From NCBI GenBank assembly GCA_963719505.1, contig CAVRCF010000001.1, positions 1,152,001 to 1,216,000 of the forward strand: a DNA stretch of 64,000 nt, given 5' to 3'. The stretch is from Halobacteriovoraceae bacterium. GTDB taxonomy: Bacteria > Bdellovibrionota > Bacteriovoracia > Bacteriovoracales > Bacteriovoracaceae. Below, in pieces: positions 10,137 through 19,993 of the stretch; the stretch's first letter is position 1; each line of letters opens with the position of its first letter. The translations under genes were made by a program, and so were the position numbers. The notes beneath the pieces are model-generated. The model had not been told where the DNA came from. It ran no database searches and worked only from the letters and a program-made list of their open reading frames with translations.

Positions 10137-11165
10137 ATGAATTATAAAACAGCAATTATTTTTGGTGCAGGAGCTTTTGGAACATCTATCGCTTCAGTCC
10201 TTTCTGAAAACTTTGAGCAAGTCATTGTCAAAGTGAGATCTCAAGATATCTATGACTCTATTAAAAACGGTGAGAATGCAATTTATCTACCTGGGCAAAA
10301 ACTCGCTGATAATATTGTTCCCGCTCTAGACTGGGATGAGGTTGATAAATTAACTAAAAGTTCGAAAGTTGAACTTCTCGTTAATGGTTTGCCAACAAGT
10401 GCTATCTGCCCTTTTTATTCTGAAAATAAAGATCGTTTTTTGAAATACTTTGAGGCAAATATCCCTTTTGTTTCGCTCTCAAAAGGAATTGATCCAGACA
10501 CTTTAGAGTTACCTGATGACTTATTTAATCATTACTTCTCAGCTCATCACGATAAATTGACTTATTTGTCAGGACCCTCTTTTGCTAAAGAGATTCTAGA
10601 TAAACAAGTCACTATCGTCTCTCTCGCTGGTAAAAGTCCAGACGTACTTCTTAATGTCAGCTCAATGCTTCAGACCAATTATTTTAAAGCCTTTCCCACG
10701 TATGATGTGAAGGGTGTGCTGTTGGGCGGTGCTTTAAAGAATATCTTAGCTATTGCAGGAGGTATCTTAGAGGGAATGGGCTATAATCATAATACTAGAG
10801 CGGCGATGATCACTCGAGGTATTACTGAAATGCTACGATTTGGTAAGGTTTATAACGCAAGACCTGAGACTTTTTATTCTTTCGCTGGAATGGGAGATTT
10901 AATCCTCACGACGACAAGTAATTTATCGAGAAATAAAACTTTCGGTTTAGAAATTGCTAAAGGAAGAAAACCCTCAGAGATTATAGCCTCTCAAAGAAGT
11001 GTCGTTGAGGGCTATAAAACGACAGCGGCTGCTCATAAACTTGCGAGCAAGTACCATATAAGAACGAGTTTGTTTGATGGTATTTACCAGATACTCTATA
11101 ACGATACGACTCCAGAGGAAGTTATCACAAAACTCATGGAGCAACCGGTTTCAACTATTGATTAG
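10137..11165 (+). CDS. gpsA: NAD(P)H-dependent glycerol-3-phosphate dehydrogenase
   Basis: GAGAFGT, SKG, SGPSFA, GGALKN, GDLILT, SRN. Confidence 0.96.
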   Translation: MNYKTAIIFGAGAFGTSIASVLSENFEQVIVKVRSQDIYDSIKNGENAIYLPGQKLADNIVPALDWDEVDKLTKSSKVELLVNGLPTSAICPFYSENKDRFLKYFEANIPFVSLSKGIDPDTLELPDDLFNHYFSAHHDKLTYLSGPSFAKEILDKQVTIVSLAGKSPDVLLNVSSMLQTNYFKAFPTYDVKGVLLGGALKNILAIAGGILEGMGYNHNTRAAMITRGITEMLRFGKVYNARPETFYSFAGMGDLILTTTSNLSRNKTFGLEIAKGRKPSEIIASQRSVVEGYKTTAAAHKLASKYHIRTSLFDGIYQILYNDTTPEEVITKLMEQPVSTID

Positions 11166-13317
11166 CTTTTATTGTATCCCTTATTTTTGAGATGGATACA
11201 GTCTCTCCTAAATGAATAATCTTACCGCTTGGTGTTTGCATAAAATAAGCTGGAACACCAACGATATGATATTTGTTTAGGAAAGAAGTAATATAATCAT
11301 CCCTTTTGGTCCAGTCTGCGAGAAGCAGCTTCATATCATTTTTTTCTACAAGCTCAGTAAAAGAATCTGTATTTAGAACAAGCTTTTTATTCACTTTACA
11401 TGTCAGACACCATTTTGCGGTAAAATCAACAAAGACCCATTTTGATTCTTTAGCGATTTCAGACATTGACTCTTCTGACCAACGGTTCCAAGTGACATCC
11501 GCTTGAGAATTTATTTTAGCTTTTGCTTCGCCAATCTCAAGACCATTATTGGAAATTGTTGATATGGTTAATCCAATTGGAATAAGAAAAATCAGAAGAT
11601 TCCAAAAAAAGACTTTTGATATTTTTTTTCTAAAGTAGAAAGCCATAAAAAGAGAGATGAAAATGGTGTTGTAGTAGATACCAAAATAATTGAAATCGAC
11701 CAAGGCCATAAAGACATCGTAGAGCCAAACGAAAGTCAAAAGAAGAGTGAAACCTAAAATATTTTTTAATTTATCCATCCAAGCACCTGGTTTCGGAAGG
11801 AATGAAATAAGGGCAGGGAAAAGACCCGTTAGGATAAAGGGAAATGAGAGTCCAAGTCCTACGAAGAAGAAGATCAGAAAAATACCTGATGTTCCTGTTG
11901 TAAAAGCAAACGTGAGAGCTGTGCCTAGGAATGGAGCAGAACAGGGAGTTGATAAGATTGTTGCTAAAACACCGTTAAAGAAATCTCCACCCATACCTTC
12001 TTTAAGCTTGGTATTTCCAAGTTTTCTTCCGCCTGGAGTTAAAAATTCAAAGAGCCCAAGCATATTCATGGCCATAACTAGAAGAATAATCATCATTGTA
12101 AAAACAAAACCAGGAGATTGAAGTTGAAAGCCCCAGCCAATTTTTTCACCTGTGGACTTCAAGAAGATAATGACAACTCCAAAGATCATAAATGTGGCAA
12201 TGACCCCCGCTGTATAGGCCAGGTTATGTTTTAAAATCTTTTTCTTAGACTGCTCAGAATGTGATATTAAACTAAAGAGCTTTAAAGAGATAACAGGGAG
12301 TACACATGGCATTAGATTCAAAATCAATCCACCAAGAAAAGCAAACAGAATAAATGTAAGAAGACTTGTACTACTGTCGGGGTTAGCAAAAGTGAGATCT
12401 TTTAGAGGTGTTAGCTTATCTAAAATTTTATTAAAAGAGCTATCTCCGGTTGCTGAGAACTCATAGAGAGGAACATCAATAATAGAGGCATTTTTTGTTT
12501 TATCATATTGCAACAGAAACTTTACATTCAAAGGCTTATCGAATCGACCCGTTTTTGGAAGTGGAATAGCTGGTTCTTCATAGATTCCATTCCAGTCAAT
12601 ATAGATTCTTCCATAAAGAGTTTTGTTTTTTTCGTCATAGAAAAGCTTCTCATGTTTGTAATCAAAAAGATTAATAAGGTAGGGGGTTAGAAGATTACTT
12701 TTGCTATCAAATTTCTCTATTTGAATATCCGAAAAACTATATTGTAAGACGAGAGTATTCTCCTCTTCACCCTTAGAGAGAAAAACTTCTAAATTATTGG
12801 GCTTTGGTTCCATACTTGGAAGTGCTTCAAAAGCTTTTACAATTTCACCAATATCAAAACTATGATTTGCCGTTTTACCTAAAAGGTTATCAAAGACTTT
12901 TATTTTTACATCACCATCGCCTGGGATACAGATGTCTTTACACACAAGCCATTGTCCTTTTATACCCAATGTTTTATTTTTTAAGGAGTCCGGTAGCTTA
13001 AAGAAGTAATGTTGTGTATATCCGTATCCAAACGCTAAAATATCTCCCGCTTCCATATATTTCTTTGGCGTCGGCCACGGAAATGGTTCAAGCTTAATTT
13101 CTTTTTCGTTAGCACTAAATTTAAACTTTGTCGTCAATCCGGCATCGCCTGGATTTTTCCAGTAGGTGTGCCAATCTTTGTCATGAACAAGACTGACTGC
13201 GAGAAGATTTTGCTCACCCATTTTAAATGCAATGGCACTCATGTCGACGTGTTTCTCTGCATTTAGAGTCAATGCGAAGAGATTTAGTGAGAAAAGGAGT
13301 GTTACAATTTTATACAT
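11155..13317 (-). CDS. DsbD-family thiol:disulfide interchange protein
   Basis: WHTYWKNPGDAG, LNLMPCVLPV, TPCSAP, thioredoxin WCLTC. Confidence 0.92.
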   Translation of the reverse strand: MYKIVTLLFSLNLFALTLNAEKHVDMSAIAFKMGEQNLLAVSLVHDKDWHTYWKNPGDAGLTTKFKFSANEKEIKLEPFPWPTPKKYMEAGDILAFGYGYTQHYFFKLPDSLKNKTLGIKGQWLVCKDICIPGDGDVKIKVFDNLLGKTANHSFDIGEIVKAFEALPSMEPKPNNLEVFLSKGEEENTLVLQYSFSDIQIEKFDSKSNLLTPYLINLFDYKHEKLFYDEKNKTLYGRIYIDWNGIYEEPAIPLPKTGRFDKPLNVKFLLQYDKTKNASIIDVPLYEFSATGDSSFNKILDKLTPLKDLTFANPDSSTSLLTFILFAFLGGLILNLMPCVLPVISLKLFSLISHSEQSKKKILKHNLAYTAGVIATFMIFGVVIIFLKSTGEKIGWGFQLQSPGFVFTMMIILLVMAMNMLGLFEFLTPGGRKLGNTKLKEGMGGDFFNGVLATILSTPCSAPFLGTALTFAFTTGTSGIFLIFFFVGLGLSFPFILTGLFPALISFLPKPGAWMDKLKNILGFTLLLTFVWLYDVFMALVDFNYFGIYYNTIFISLFMAFYFRKKISKVFFWNLLIFLIPIGLTISTISNNGLEIGEAKAKINSQADVTWNRWSEESMSEIAKESKWVFVDFTAKWCLTCKVNKKLVLNTDSFTELVEKNDMKLLLADWTKRDDYITSFLNKYHIVGVPAYFMQTPSGKIIHLGETVSISKIRDTIKANQ

Positions 13318-13361
13318 TTTATGACCTTTTAAAATATTCAAATTTTCATTACTATATGTGT

Positions 13362-14162
13362 ATGGATTATACACCAAATTACAATAAACCTCTTAGAATT
13401 ATCTGTTTAACAGAAGAATCTGTAGAAACACTTTTTGAAATTGGAGCGGGTGATCAAATCATTGGCGTCTCGCAATTTGTGAAGAGACCACCTGAAGCTT
13501 TAAAAATTCCCAAAGTTTCAATGTTCACAAGTTCTAATATAAAAAAGATAATAGATCTGCAACCAGATCTAGTTTTAGGGTTTTCAGATATCCAAAAAGA
13601 TATCGCAAAAGATCTAATTGAAGCGGGTATTGACGTTTGGATCGCTAATCATAGGTCGGTAGACGACCTTTTAAAGTACATCTCTACTTTATCCATGATG
13701 GTTGACAGAAAAGATCAAGGTCAGAGACTTATTCAAAAAATTCTTCTCAAAATTTCTCATGCACAAGAATTTTCAAAAAGCTTAGAGAAAAGACCCAAAG
13801 TATACTTTGAAGAGTGGGACGATCCCCTGATAAGTGCGATTACCTGGGTGAGTGAAATTATTGAAATCTGTGGCGGAATTAATGTCTTTAAGGACAAAGC
13901 TTATGGCAACCTAGCAAGTGAGAGGTTTGTCTCGCATGATAAAATTATAGAAGCCAACCCCGACATTATGTTTGCCTGCCACTGTGGAAAGAGAGTAAAT
14001 ATTCAAAAAATTAAAGAAAGAAAAGACTACGCAAACCTTGCTTTTATCAAAAACGATCATATCTTTGAGTTAGAACCGGAGATCTTTTTGCAGCCGGGTC
14101 CGGCAGCTGTGCTGGATGGTATCGATCAGCTATTGGAAATCTTTGAAAAATGGAGAGAGTAG
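13362..14162 (+). CDS. BtuF-like cobalamin/Fe-siderophore binding protein
   Basis: RIICLTEE, PDLV, FEEWDDP, QPGP. Confidence 0.85.
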   Translation: MDYTPNYNKPLRIICLTEESVETLFEIGAGDQIIGVSQFVKRPPEALKIPKVSMFTSSNIKKIIDLQPDLVLGFSDIQKDIAKDLIEAGIDVWIANHRSVDDLLKYISTLSMMVDRKDQGQRLIQKILLKISHAQEFSKSLEKRPKVYFEEWDDPLISAITWVSEIIEICGGINVFKDKAYGNLASERFVSHDKIIEANPDIMFACHCGKRVNIQKIKERKDYANLAFIKNDHIFELEPEIFLQPGPAAVLDGIDQLLEIFEKWRE

Positions 14163-14735
14163 ATGAAGGCTTTGTTTTTGATATTATTTTTAGCGACTAA
14201 TTCTTTATACGCTCAAGATGAAATGAGCCAGCGAGAAAAAATTCTACAGGAGTTCATGGAAAGTCGAAAAGCCATGATGGACAAGATGCTTGATGCATTT
14301 GGAGAGGATGATTTCTTCCAAGATGATATGGACGATGACTTTTTTAAGTCGATCATAGGTGACAGATTCCAAAAATTTCAAAGTAGTAAAATGGTAAGCG
14401 TTGAAAGCTTAACAAATAATGATGGAAGTATTGATGTCTTTATTAGGCCTATTGATAAGACGGTAAAGTTAGATATTGAAACCAAAAGTGATGCTATTGT
14501 TGTTAAGGCAAAGCAAGTTGAAAAGATTGAAAATGAAAGTAAATCTGGGCTCTCTTTTCGCTCTAGTAACCAAAGTATGACTCAGACCGTTCCGATCCCT
14601 TTTGGATATATTGCTAAAGCGCCCCGAGAAGTCGACGGAAAAATTTTAATATCTCTTGTCAAAAAAGGTCGTGGGGCAGTCAAAGATTTAGACAAAGTTC
14701 CTCTTCCAAAAAGAGAAGGTGAAGATACAATCTAG
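14163..14735 (+). CDS. Exported hypothetical protein (possible Hsp20-like fold)
   Basis: Signal peptide, Met/Phe/Asp-rich N-terminus, beta-rich C-terminus. Confidence 0.55.
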   Translation: MKALFLILFLATNSLYAQDEMSQREKILQEFMESRKAMMDKMLDAFGEDDFFQDDMDDDFFKSIIGDRFQKFQSSKMVSVESLTNNDGSIDVFIRPIDKTVKLDIETKSDAIVVKAKQVEKIENESKSGLSFRSSNQSMTQTVPIPFGYIAKAPREVDGKILISLVKKGRGAVKDLDKVPLPKREGEDTI

Positions 14736-15680
14736 CTATTTTTCCCACTCGGGAATGGATTCAATTTCTTCTTTAAGTTTTAAATACGAATAGAGTCTAT
14801 TGAGATGGATTCTCTCCTCAAGGATATCTTCATCTAAGCTGTGAAAGAAACAGCCTTTAGAGTTGTCTTCATGCTTGCAGTCTTTAAATTTACATCTCCC
14901 AAATAACGGTGCTAGGTCAGGAAAGAGATTGGGAAGATCTTCAGCTGCGATATCGAGTAAGCTTAAAGTTCTTACTCCTGGAGAGTCGATCATAAGAAAG
15001 TTTTTACAATCGACAACTTCGGCCCATGTTGTGGTGTGAGCTCCCTTATTAACTTTTTTGGCCAAACGAGAGCTCAATAGATTGACCTTGCCGTCACTTA
15101 GACTTGAGATAAGTTTACTTTTTCCAACACCTGACTGGCCTAAGCAAATGGCAGTTTTATCTTTCAGAAGTGACTGGAGTTCTAAAAAGTCGTCTCTAAA
15201 TCTTGGATCATTAGGATCCTCGGAATTGAGCAGAAATACTCTCACTCCTAGGGACTTAAATTTTTCGAGCTCAAATTCTAATTCGAAGTCATCTTCATAC
15301 TCGTCCATCTTATTCAATATGATGGCCGCCGGCACGTCCCACTGAACAGCTCTGGTTAAATATCGATCGAGTAAAAAAGGTTTGTACTTGGGGTTTGATA
15401 CACTAGACATGATAAGAATGACATCGACATTGCTGGCAATAACTTTCTTTTTATTTGTTCTGACTATTTTTCTGAAAATCTCGTTCTCTCGCGGCTCGAT
15501 TTCAATAATGTCGTAGTCATCAGAGTCTAAGCCTTGTTTGAGGATGACATTGTCACCAACGACCGGATGATCCTTTTTCATGACTTCTCGAAGAACCGTC
15601 GCCGGGACAATATCGTCTGCGCCATCAATTTTGCAGTCGAAAACTCTCTTGGCGGATCTAAAGATTTTGGCTTTTATCAT
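14736..15680 (-). CDS. rsgA: Ribosome small subunit-dependent GTPase A
   Basis: VVGD, NKMD, GQSGVGKS, HTTT, DSPG, CKFKDCKH zinc finger. Confidence 0.95.
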   Translation of the reverse strand: MIKAKIFRSAKRVFDCKIDGADDIVPATVLREVMKKDHPVVGDNVILKQGLDSDDYDIIEIEPRENEIFRKIVRTNKKKVIASNVDVILIMSSVSNPKYKPFLLDRYLTRAVQWDVPAAIILNKMDEYEDDFELEFELEKFKSLGVRVFLLNSEDPNDPRFRDDFLELQSLLKDKTAICLGQSGVGKSKLISSLSDGKVNLLSSRLAKKVNKGAHTTTWAEVVDCKNFLMIDSPGVRTLSLLDIAAEDLPNLFPDLAPLFGRCKFKDCKHEDNSKGCFFHSLDEDILEERIHLNRLYSYLKLKEEIESIPEWEK

Positions 15681-15834
15681 TCCAAGAGAATACAAGTATT
15701 TACCGAGAATAAAAAGTGACAAAAATACTCTTATAAATTTTATTTCCTTTGTTGACAGACAAGGCAAAAGGGCTTAAATTTTACAGCCTATCTACATTAA
15801 TTCTCTGTAATTAGAGGTATTTAGATTATCCAAT

Positions 15835-15911
<77 letters not shown>

Positions 15912-16009
15912 TTTTAAGTCATTTCAAGTACTTGCAATCATTATGTTTTAAGCCCTAAAGTCGAACCCGTAAAGGTTCGATAAACCTATGAGCTTAAAAT
16001 GAGGTTTTT

Positions 16010-17251
16010 ATGCAAGTGAGAAAAGTAAAAAACAGTGATGGGTCTGTGCGTTATCGGTACAGGTACTATGAGAAAGGTAAATTAAAGTCTGTTCTCAACA
16101 GTGACCTCCCTTATCATCCAAAAACTGATGAACAAGCAGAAGTACTAAGGAAGAGATTAGAGTCAACCTATGAGGCTGCCAAGTTAGAAACGAAGAGCCA
16201 AGAAGAATGGCACGAGAAATACTACAGCTATAACTCCCTATTTGAGACTTTCGCAAAGTACCGCAAAAAAAAAGCTAAGAACTCCTATAAAGACAAGCTT
16301 TCATATTTTAGAAACTATGTTCTTCTCTACTTTTTAGAAATCCAAAAGCTTGAGAATCTTGAGACCTGGAAAGAAAGGCGGTACGACTTCGTATTGTGGC
16401 TAAGAGAAAGAGATAAGATGCGAGGAGAAGGTAAATTAGCTTCTCAGACTATCAATCATATAATCACAGAGTTTAATGTATTTATTGATTTAATGGCTCA
16501 GACAGGCAAAATAGAAGCTCCTTTTACTATAAATTTACTGCACAAGGATGAACTCAACAAAAGAGGAGCTGAGGCGGTCCTTTCCGATGAAGAAAGTGAA
16601 CTTCTTTTAGAGGAGCTAGCAAAATTTGATGTAAAAAGCTCTGAAATCTTCAGGGTGCTTCTAAATACAGGTATGAGATACAACGAATTGTTAAGCCTTG
16701 AGAGATCTAGTATTAAAAAGGGTGAAATCCCCGAAAAATCACTGACCAAAGCACTCAACTACGGAATGGCTAATAAAACAATGTATTGTTATATTGTTCT
16801 AAGCTCTCAAATAGATAAATCCACAGGTAAAAGAAAGCCTCTTAAGTCAAAGAAGCAAATCTCTATCGCTGACTCAAGGTTTGTTCCTATTTATGATAAA
16901 GAAACATTCAATATTTTAGTTAGGGCCTTAAAAGAATCTAAAGCTAAAGAAGAAGAAACTTTATTTCACTACTTTTACAAGTATTCTCGATTAAATAGAG
17001 CTTTGAAGAAAGCTTATGATCAAATTGGTCAGTACACAAAAAAGTATTCTTATAAGTCTTCTCACTCTGCAAGGCACACGTATGCTACTTATTTATCTCA
17101 AATTGATCCATCATCTTATTTAGCGACGACTATCTTAGGGCATAACTATCAAACATCGGCTCGGTATAATCACACTCACGCAATATTAATGAAAAAGCTA
17201 ATTAATGAAGCTAATACGGTTGATATAGATGACTGGGAAGAAGTTGCATGA
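16010..17251 (+). CDS. Tyrosine recombinase / integrase
   Basis: TGMRYNEL, HSARHTYAT, LGH...Y catalytic residues; adjacent to attL. Confidence 0.93.
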   Translation: MQVRKVKNSDGSVRYRYRYYEKGKLKSVLNSDLPYHPKTDEQAEVLRKRLESTYEAAKLETKSQEEWHEKYYSYNSLFETFAKYRKKKAKNSYKDKLSYFRNYVLLYFLEIQKLENLETWKERRYDFVLWLRERDKMRGEGKLASQTINHIITEFNVFIDLMAQTGKIEAPFTINLLHKDELNKRGAEAVLSDEESELLLEELAKFDVKSSEIFRVLLNTGMRYNELLSLERSSIKKGEIPEKSLTKALNYGMANKTMYCYIVLSSQIDKSTGKRKPLKSKKQISIADSRFVPIYDKETFNILVRALKESKAKEEETLFHYFYKYSRLNRALKKAYDQIGQYTKKYSYKSSHSARHTYATYLSQIDPSSYLATTILGHNYQTSARYNHTHAILMKKLINEANTVDIDDWEEVA

Positions 17252-17520
17252 CAATTACGCAAGCTAAAATTAAAGAATATAACGCAGATCTAATTAGAGT
17301 TAGAAATACAAGGCGCGATAGGTTTTTGGATACTTACCCAGACTACAAGAGCTTCTATCATTTTTTAATAAAGAAAGGTGATTCAAACATATGTTTTCGC
17401 ATTTTGACGGAGTTTATAGATAGAGATCTTAAAAATTTCCATTCCCCCAATTTTGAAGATTGGATATTTGAAGTAATAGCCAAAGAAGCAGAAAATCTTT
17501 TTTGTCTACCTTACTTTTGA
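17248..17520 (+). CDS. Hypothetical protein coupled to the integrase
   Basis: ATGA overlap with the integrase stop. Confidence 0.6.
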   Translation: MTITQAKIKEYNADLIRVRNTRRDRFLDTYPDYKSFYHFLIKKGDSNICFRILTEFIDRDLKNFHSPNFEDWIFEVIAKEAENLFCLPYF

Positions 17521-17680
17521 GATCGTAACTAGTTTTAGAAAATTTAGTCGAAAATTATGACACCTTATTAATGTCTGGACCCGGAATTATTAACTCTTAA
17601 GCCTTCTTGGAATAATTAAGAGATCTTAACTCATGGCAAATTCAACAATGACGATAAGGGATAGTGACCAAGGAGAATCT

Positions 17681-18052
17681 ATGAAGTTTTTGTTATTGAA
17701 CATTATTTTAATGACATCGTTTAATTTGATGGCCTGTAGGGTTAGAGTTACTAATGGAGTAACGAATGAATCTAAAACATTTCAAGCTACTAAATTTCCT
17801 TTCAAACTAAGTTTAGGAAACTCTAATTGGGTCTGTTTTTTAGATAAAGGTACTTATTCGAAGGAAAGCTATTATGGATTTAAATGTTCCATAGGGTCCA
17901 ATGCATCCTTTCTTTCTTCAACTATTGATAAACATAGTAGCGACTATATAAGTTCGATTCTTGTAGAGAAAAATCCAAAAACTCAATTTGTTATAGAAGC
18001 AGATAGATGTGACTTGAAAAAATCAAAAACAAAAAAGAGTCCTGCCTCATAA
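17681..18052 (+). CDS. Small secreted Cys-containing protein (paralog of 18191)
   Basis: AAGGAG RBS, signal peptide, AC-x-V...FPF...W-x-C pattern. Confidence 0.75.
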   Translation: MKFLLLNIILMTSFNLMACRVRVTNGVTNESKTFQATKFPFKLSLGNSNWVCFLDKGTYSKESYYGFKCSIGSNASFLSSTIDKHSSDYISSILVEKNPKTQFVIEADRCDLKKSKTKKSPAS

Positions 18053-18190
18053 GAAATGATTCTTAAACTCTTTAATGATTAAAGTTCATGCTGTTAAACT
18101 CTCTCAGGAAAAGTGTAAAACAGGATTAGATGATAAAGATTTGTGTGAAATTATTTAATAGTAAGATTAGTTTAATTAAAAGGATGATTT

Positions 18191-18529
18191 ATGAAAAATT
18201 TATTATTAGGGATATGTTTCTTCGGTTCATTTTACTCTTATGCCTGTCAAGTTGAAATAAAAAATTTAAATAATACTAATGACGTTATAAAAAGTAAGGT
18301 GGACAGCTATCCCTTCAATATATCTCTTCCTGGTACAAAATGGACTTGTGCAATTATGAAGTCTCCTGGGGAGCCCATTTATTACCAAACTTTATGCACT
18401 ATTGGTGATGAATATAGTGTCATATCTACAGCTGTTCATCGAGAAACAAAGTTCGCAGAAATTGGTCTTGCTGAAAAAAAGACAAAGAAAATGTACCAAA
18501 TTTTACTAAAAGAGTGTCATGTAAATTGA
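18191..18529 (+). CDS. Small secreted Cys-containing protein (paralog of 17681)
   Basis: AAGGA RBS, signal peptide, ACQV...YPF...WTC. Confidence 0.75.
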   Translation: MKNLLLGICFFGSFYSYACQVEIKNLNNTNDVIKSKVDSYPFNISLPGTKWTCAIMKSPGEPIYYQTLCTIGDEYSVISTAVHRETKFAEIGLAEKKTKKMYQILLKECHVN

Positions 18530-18532
18530 GGA

Positions 18533-18560
18533 CGTAGCCACTACGATTGTAATGGCTACG
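18533..18560. terminator. Hairpin between convergent genes
   Basis: CGTAGCCA...TGGCTACG inverted repeat. Confidence 0.55.
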
Positions 18561-18603
18561 AGAGATTAATTAATCCTTAGAGTTTGAGAGAACTTAAGAT
18601 GAA

Positions 18604-18837
18604 TTATTTATCCCAATCACATACTAATTCAGCAGTACAAGTTGTATTTCCTCTAAAGTCTGTAGTGCATCTTGTAACTGTCCTACAAGCTTTTGGTATC
18701 TCATCCATGATTTCATATGATTCTTCATTATAAGCTTTAGTATGAGCAACTAGATCTTGAAGTGTTAATACAGATCCCGTTCCTGCGATTGATGCGAATG
18801 ATAACGTTAATCCAACTACCATAATAATTTCTTTCAT
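18604..18837 (-). CDS. Small secreted four-Cys protein
   Basis: GGGG RBS, signal peptide, CRTVTRC...CTAELVC. Confidence 0.7.
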   Translation of the reverse strand: MKEIIMVVGLTLSFASIAGTGSVLTLQDLVAHTKAYNEESYEIMDEIPKACRTVTRCTTDFRGNTTCTAELVCDWDK

Positions 18838-19101
18838 AATTTTCCCCTATGTATAATTGCTTAATTGCAACTGACGTTCATAAAGCAACAGGTGGGCCAT
18901 TATATGATCTATATAGGTTATTGAAATATCGTTAACGACGTTCCGAAAATGGATTTTATTGTTCTGAATATAGAATCTTTTTAGAATATTCCATATTTCA
19001 TGAGAGACTTCTTCTGTGAGTGATATTTAATTTATCCTCTCTAATGATTCGGTTCTTGATTATATTCATTACTATTTTCTTCAACACTGTAATCTATTTG
19101 T

Positions 19102-19719
19102 TTAGTACGGCGATCGAATAGTATTCAGAAAGGAAATATACTCCAAGATAATTCTAACTTCTCTTTTAAAGGTCCTACTAAAATCGTTCAGCTTTTGAAG
19201 ATCTAAAAAGCGTTCATGATATATATCTATTGCTTTATGAAAAGCTTCTGAATGAGGTGTTCCTCCGTTCTTGAGAAGATCAATAAGTGACCTTTCCTTA
19301 CTGTACATTTTTACATTATGCTTCTTATCGATTCTGTAATCTTCTATACCGATTAACTTGGATCGACCTACTCTAGTAGCAATAAATAGGTCATTCTCGG
19401 TCAGGGTTGAGTTTCTCGGAATATCAACAGAAAGGGGGCTGGGGAATTGCTCTCCCAATCCGTGATAATATAGCGAGGAAGTACCAGACACAACAGCATT
19501 AGGGTGAGTCTTAGCTAAAGCGATTAGATTCTCGTTGGCCGGGTTATGTATATCTTCGCCTACAATATAGAGACCTCTGCTTATCTGCTTCAAAACTCCG
19601 GCCTTTTTAAAACGTGATATTTCTGTTCTATTACCTAGAAGCTTCAATAGCTCTTTAGTTGAGTACATCTCGCCTTCGTGTCGTTTTAAAAAATCAGTAT
19701 ATTTCTTAGATTTAAGCAT
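19102..19719 (-). CDS. AbiEi-like (type IV TA antitoxin) wHTH transcriptional regulator
   Basis: GVLKQISRGLY, VVSGTSSLYYHGL, YSKERSLID motifs; TACAAT 6 nt before ATG 19719 suggests a leaderless mRNA. Confidence 0.8.
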   Translation of the reverse strand: MLKSKKYTDFLKRHEGEMYSTKELLKLLGNRTEISRFKKAGVLKQISRGLYIVGEDIHNPANENLIALAKTHPNAVVSGTSSLYYHGLGEQFPSPLSVDIPRNSTLTENDLFIATRVGRSKLIGIEDYRIDKKHNVKMYSKERSLIDLLKNGGTPHSEAFHKAIDIYHERFLDLQKLNDFSRTFKREVRIILEYISFLNTIRSPY

Positions 19720-19993
19720 TGTTATATTGTACACCACTTATTGTATTATTGGTATAGAATGTAACAAAGCCAAAGAAGAAAAGGGATATATCACCACAAG
19801 TGATTGATTTTACTCGGTTTCTCATACCAACATCCCTTAACCACTATACCGATGGTTTTTCAAAAAATTGCAGATATATCGAAAATAGCCTATAATGAGC
19901 CATATAGTGCATCTTGTAACAAGCTGATCACTTACTTGCGTTTATGCTTACGATAGCTTGGCGAGGCTAATAAGGTATTATTAGAGGATATTT

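Noticed and set aside
15924-15951. dif-like site next to attL (TTATGTTTTAA)
   Set aside because: XerD arm has several mismatches and there is no ATAA-ending XerC arm at 6-bp spacing
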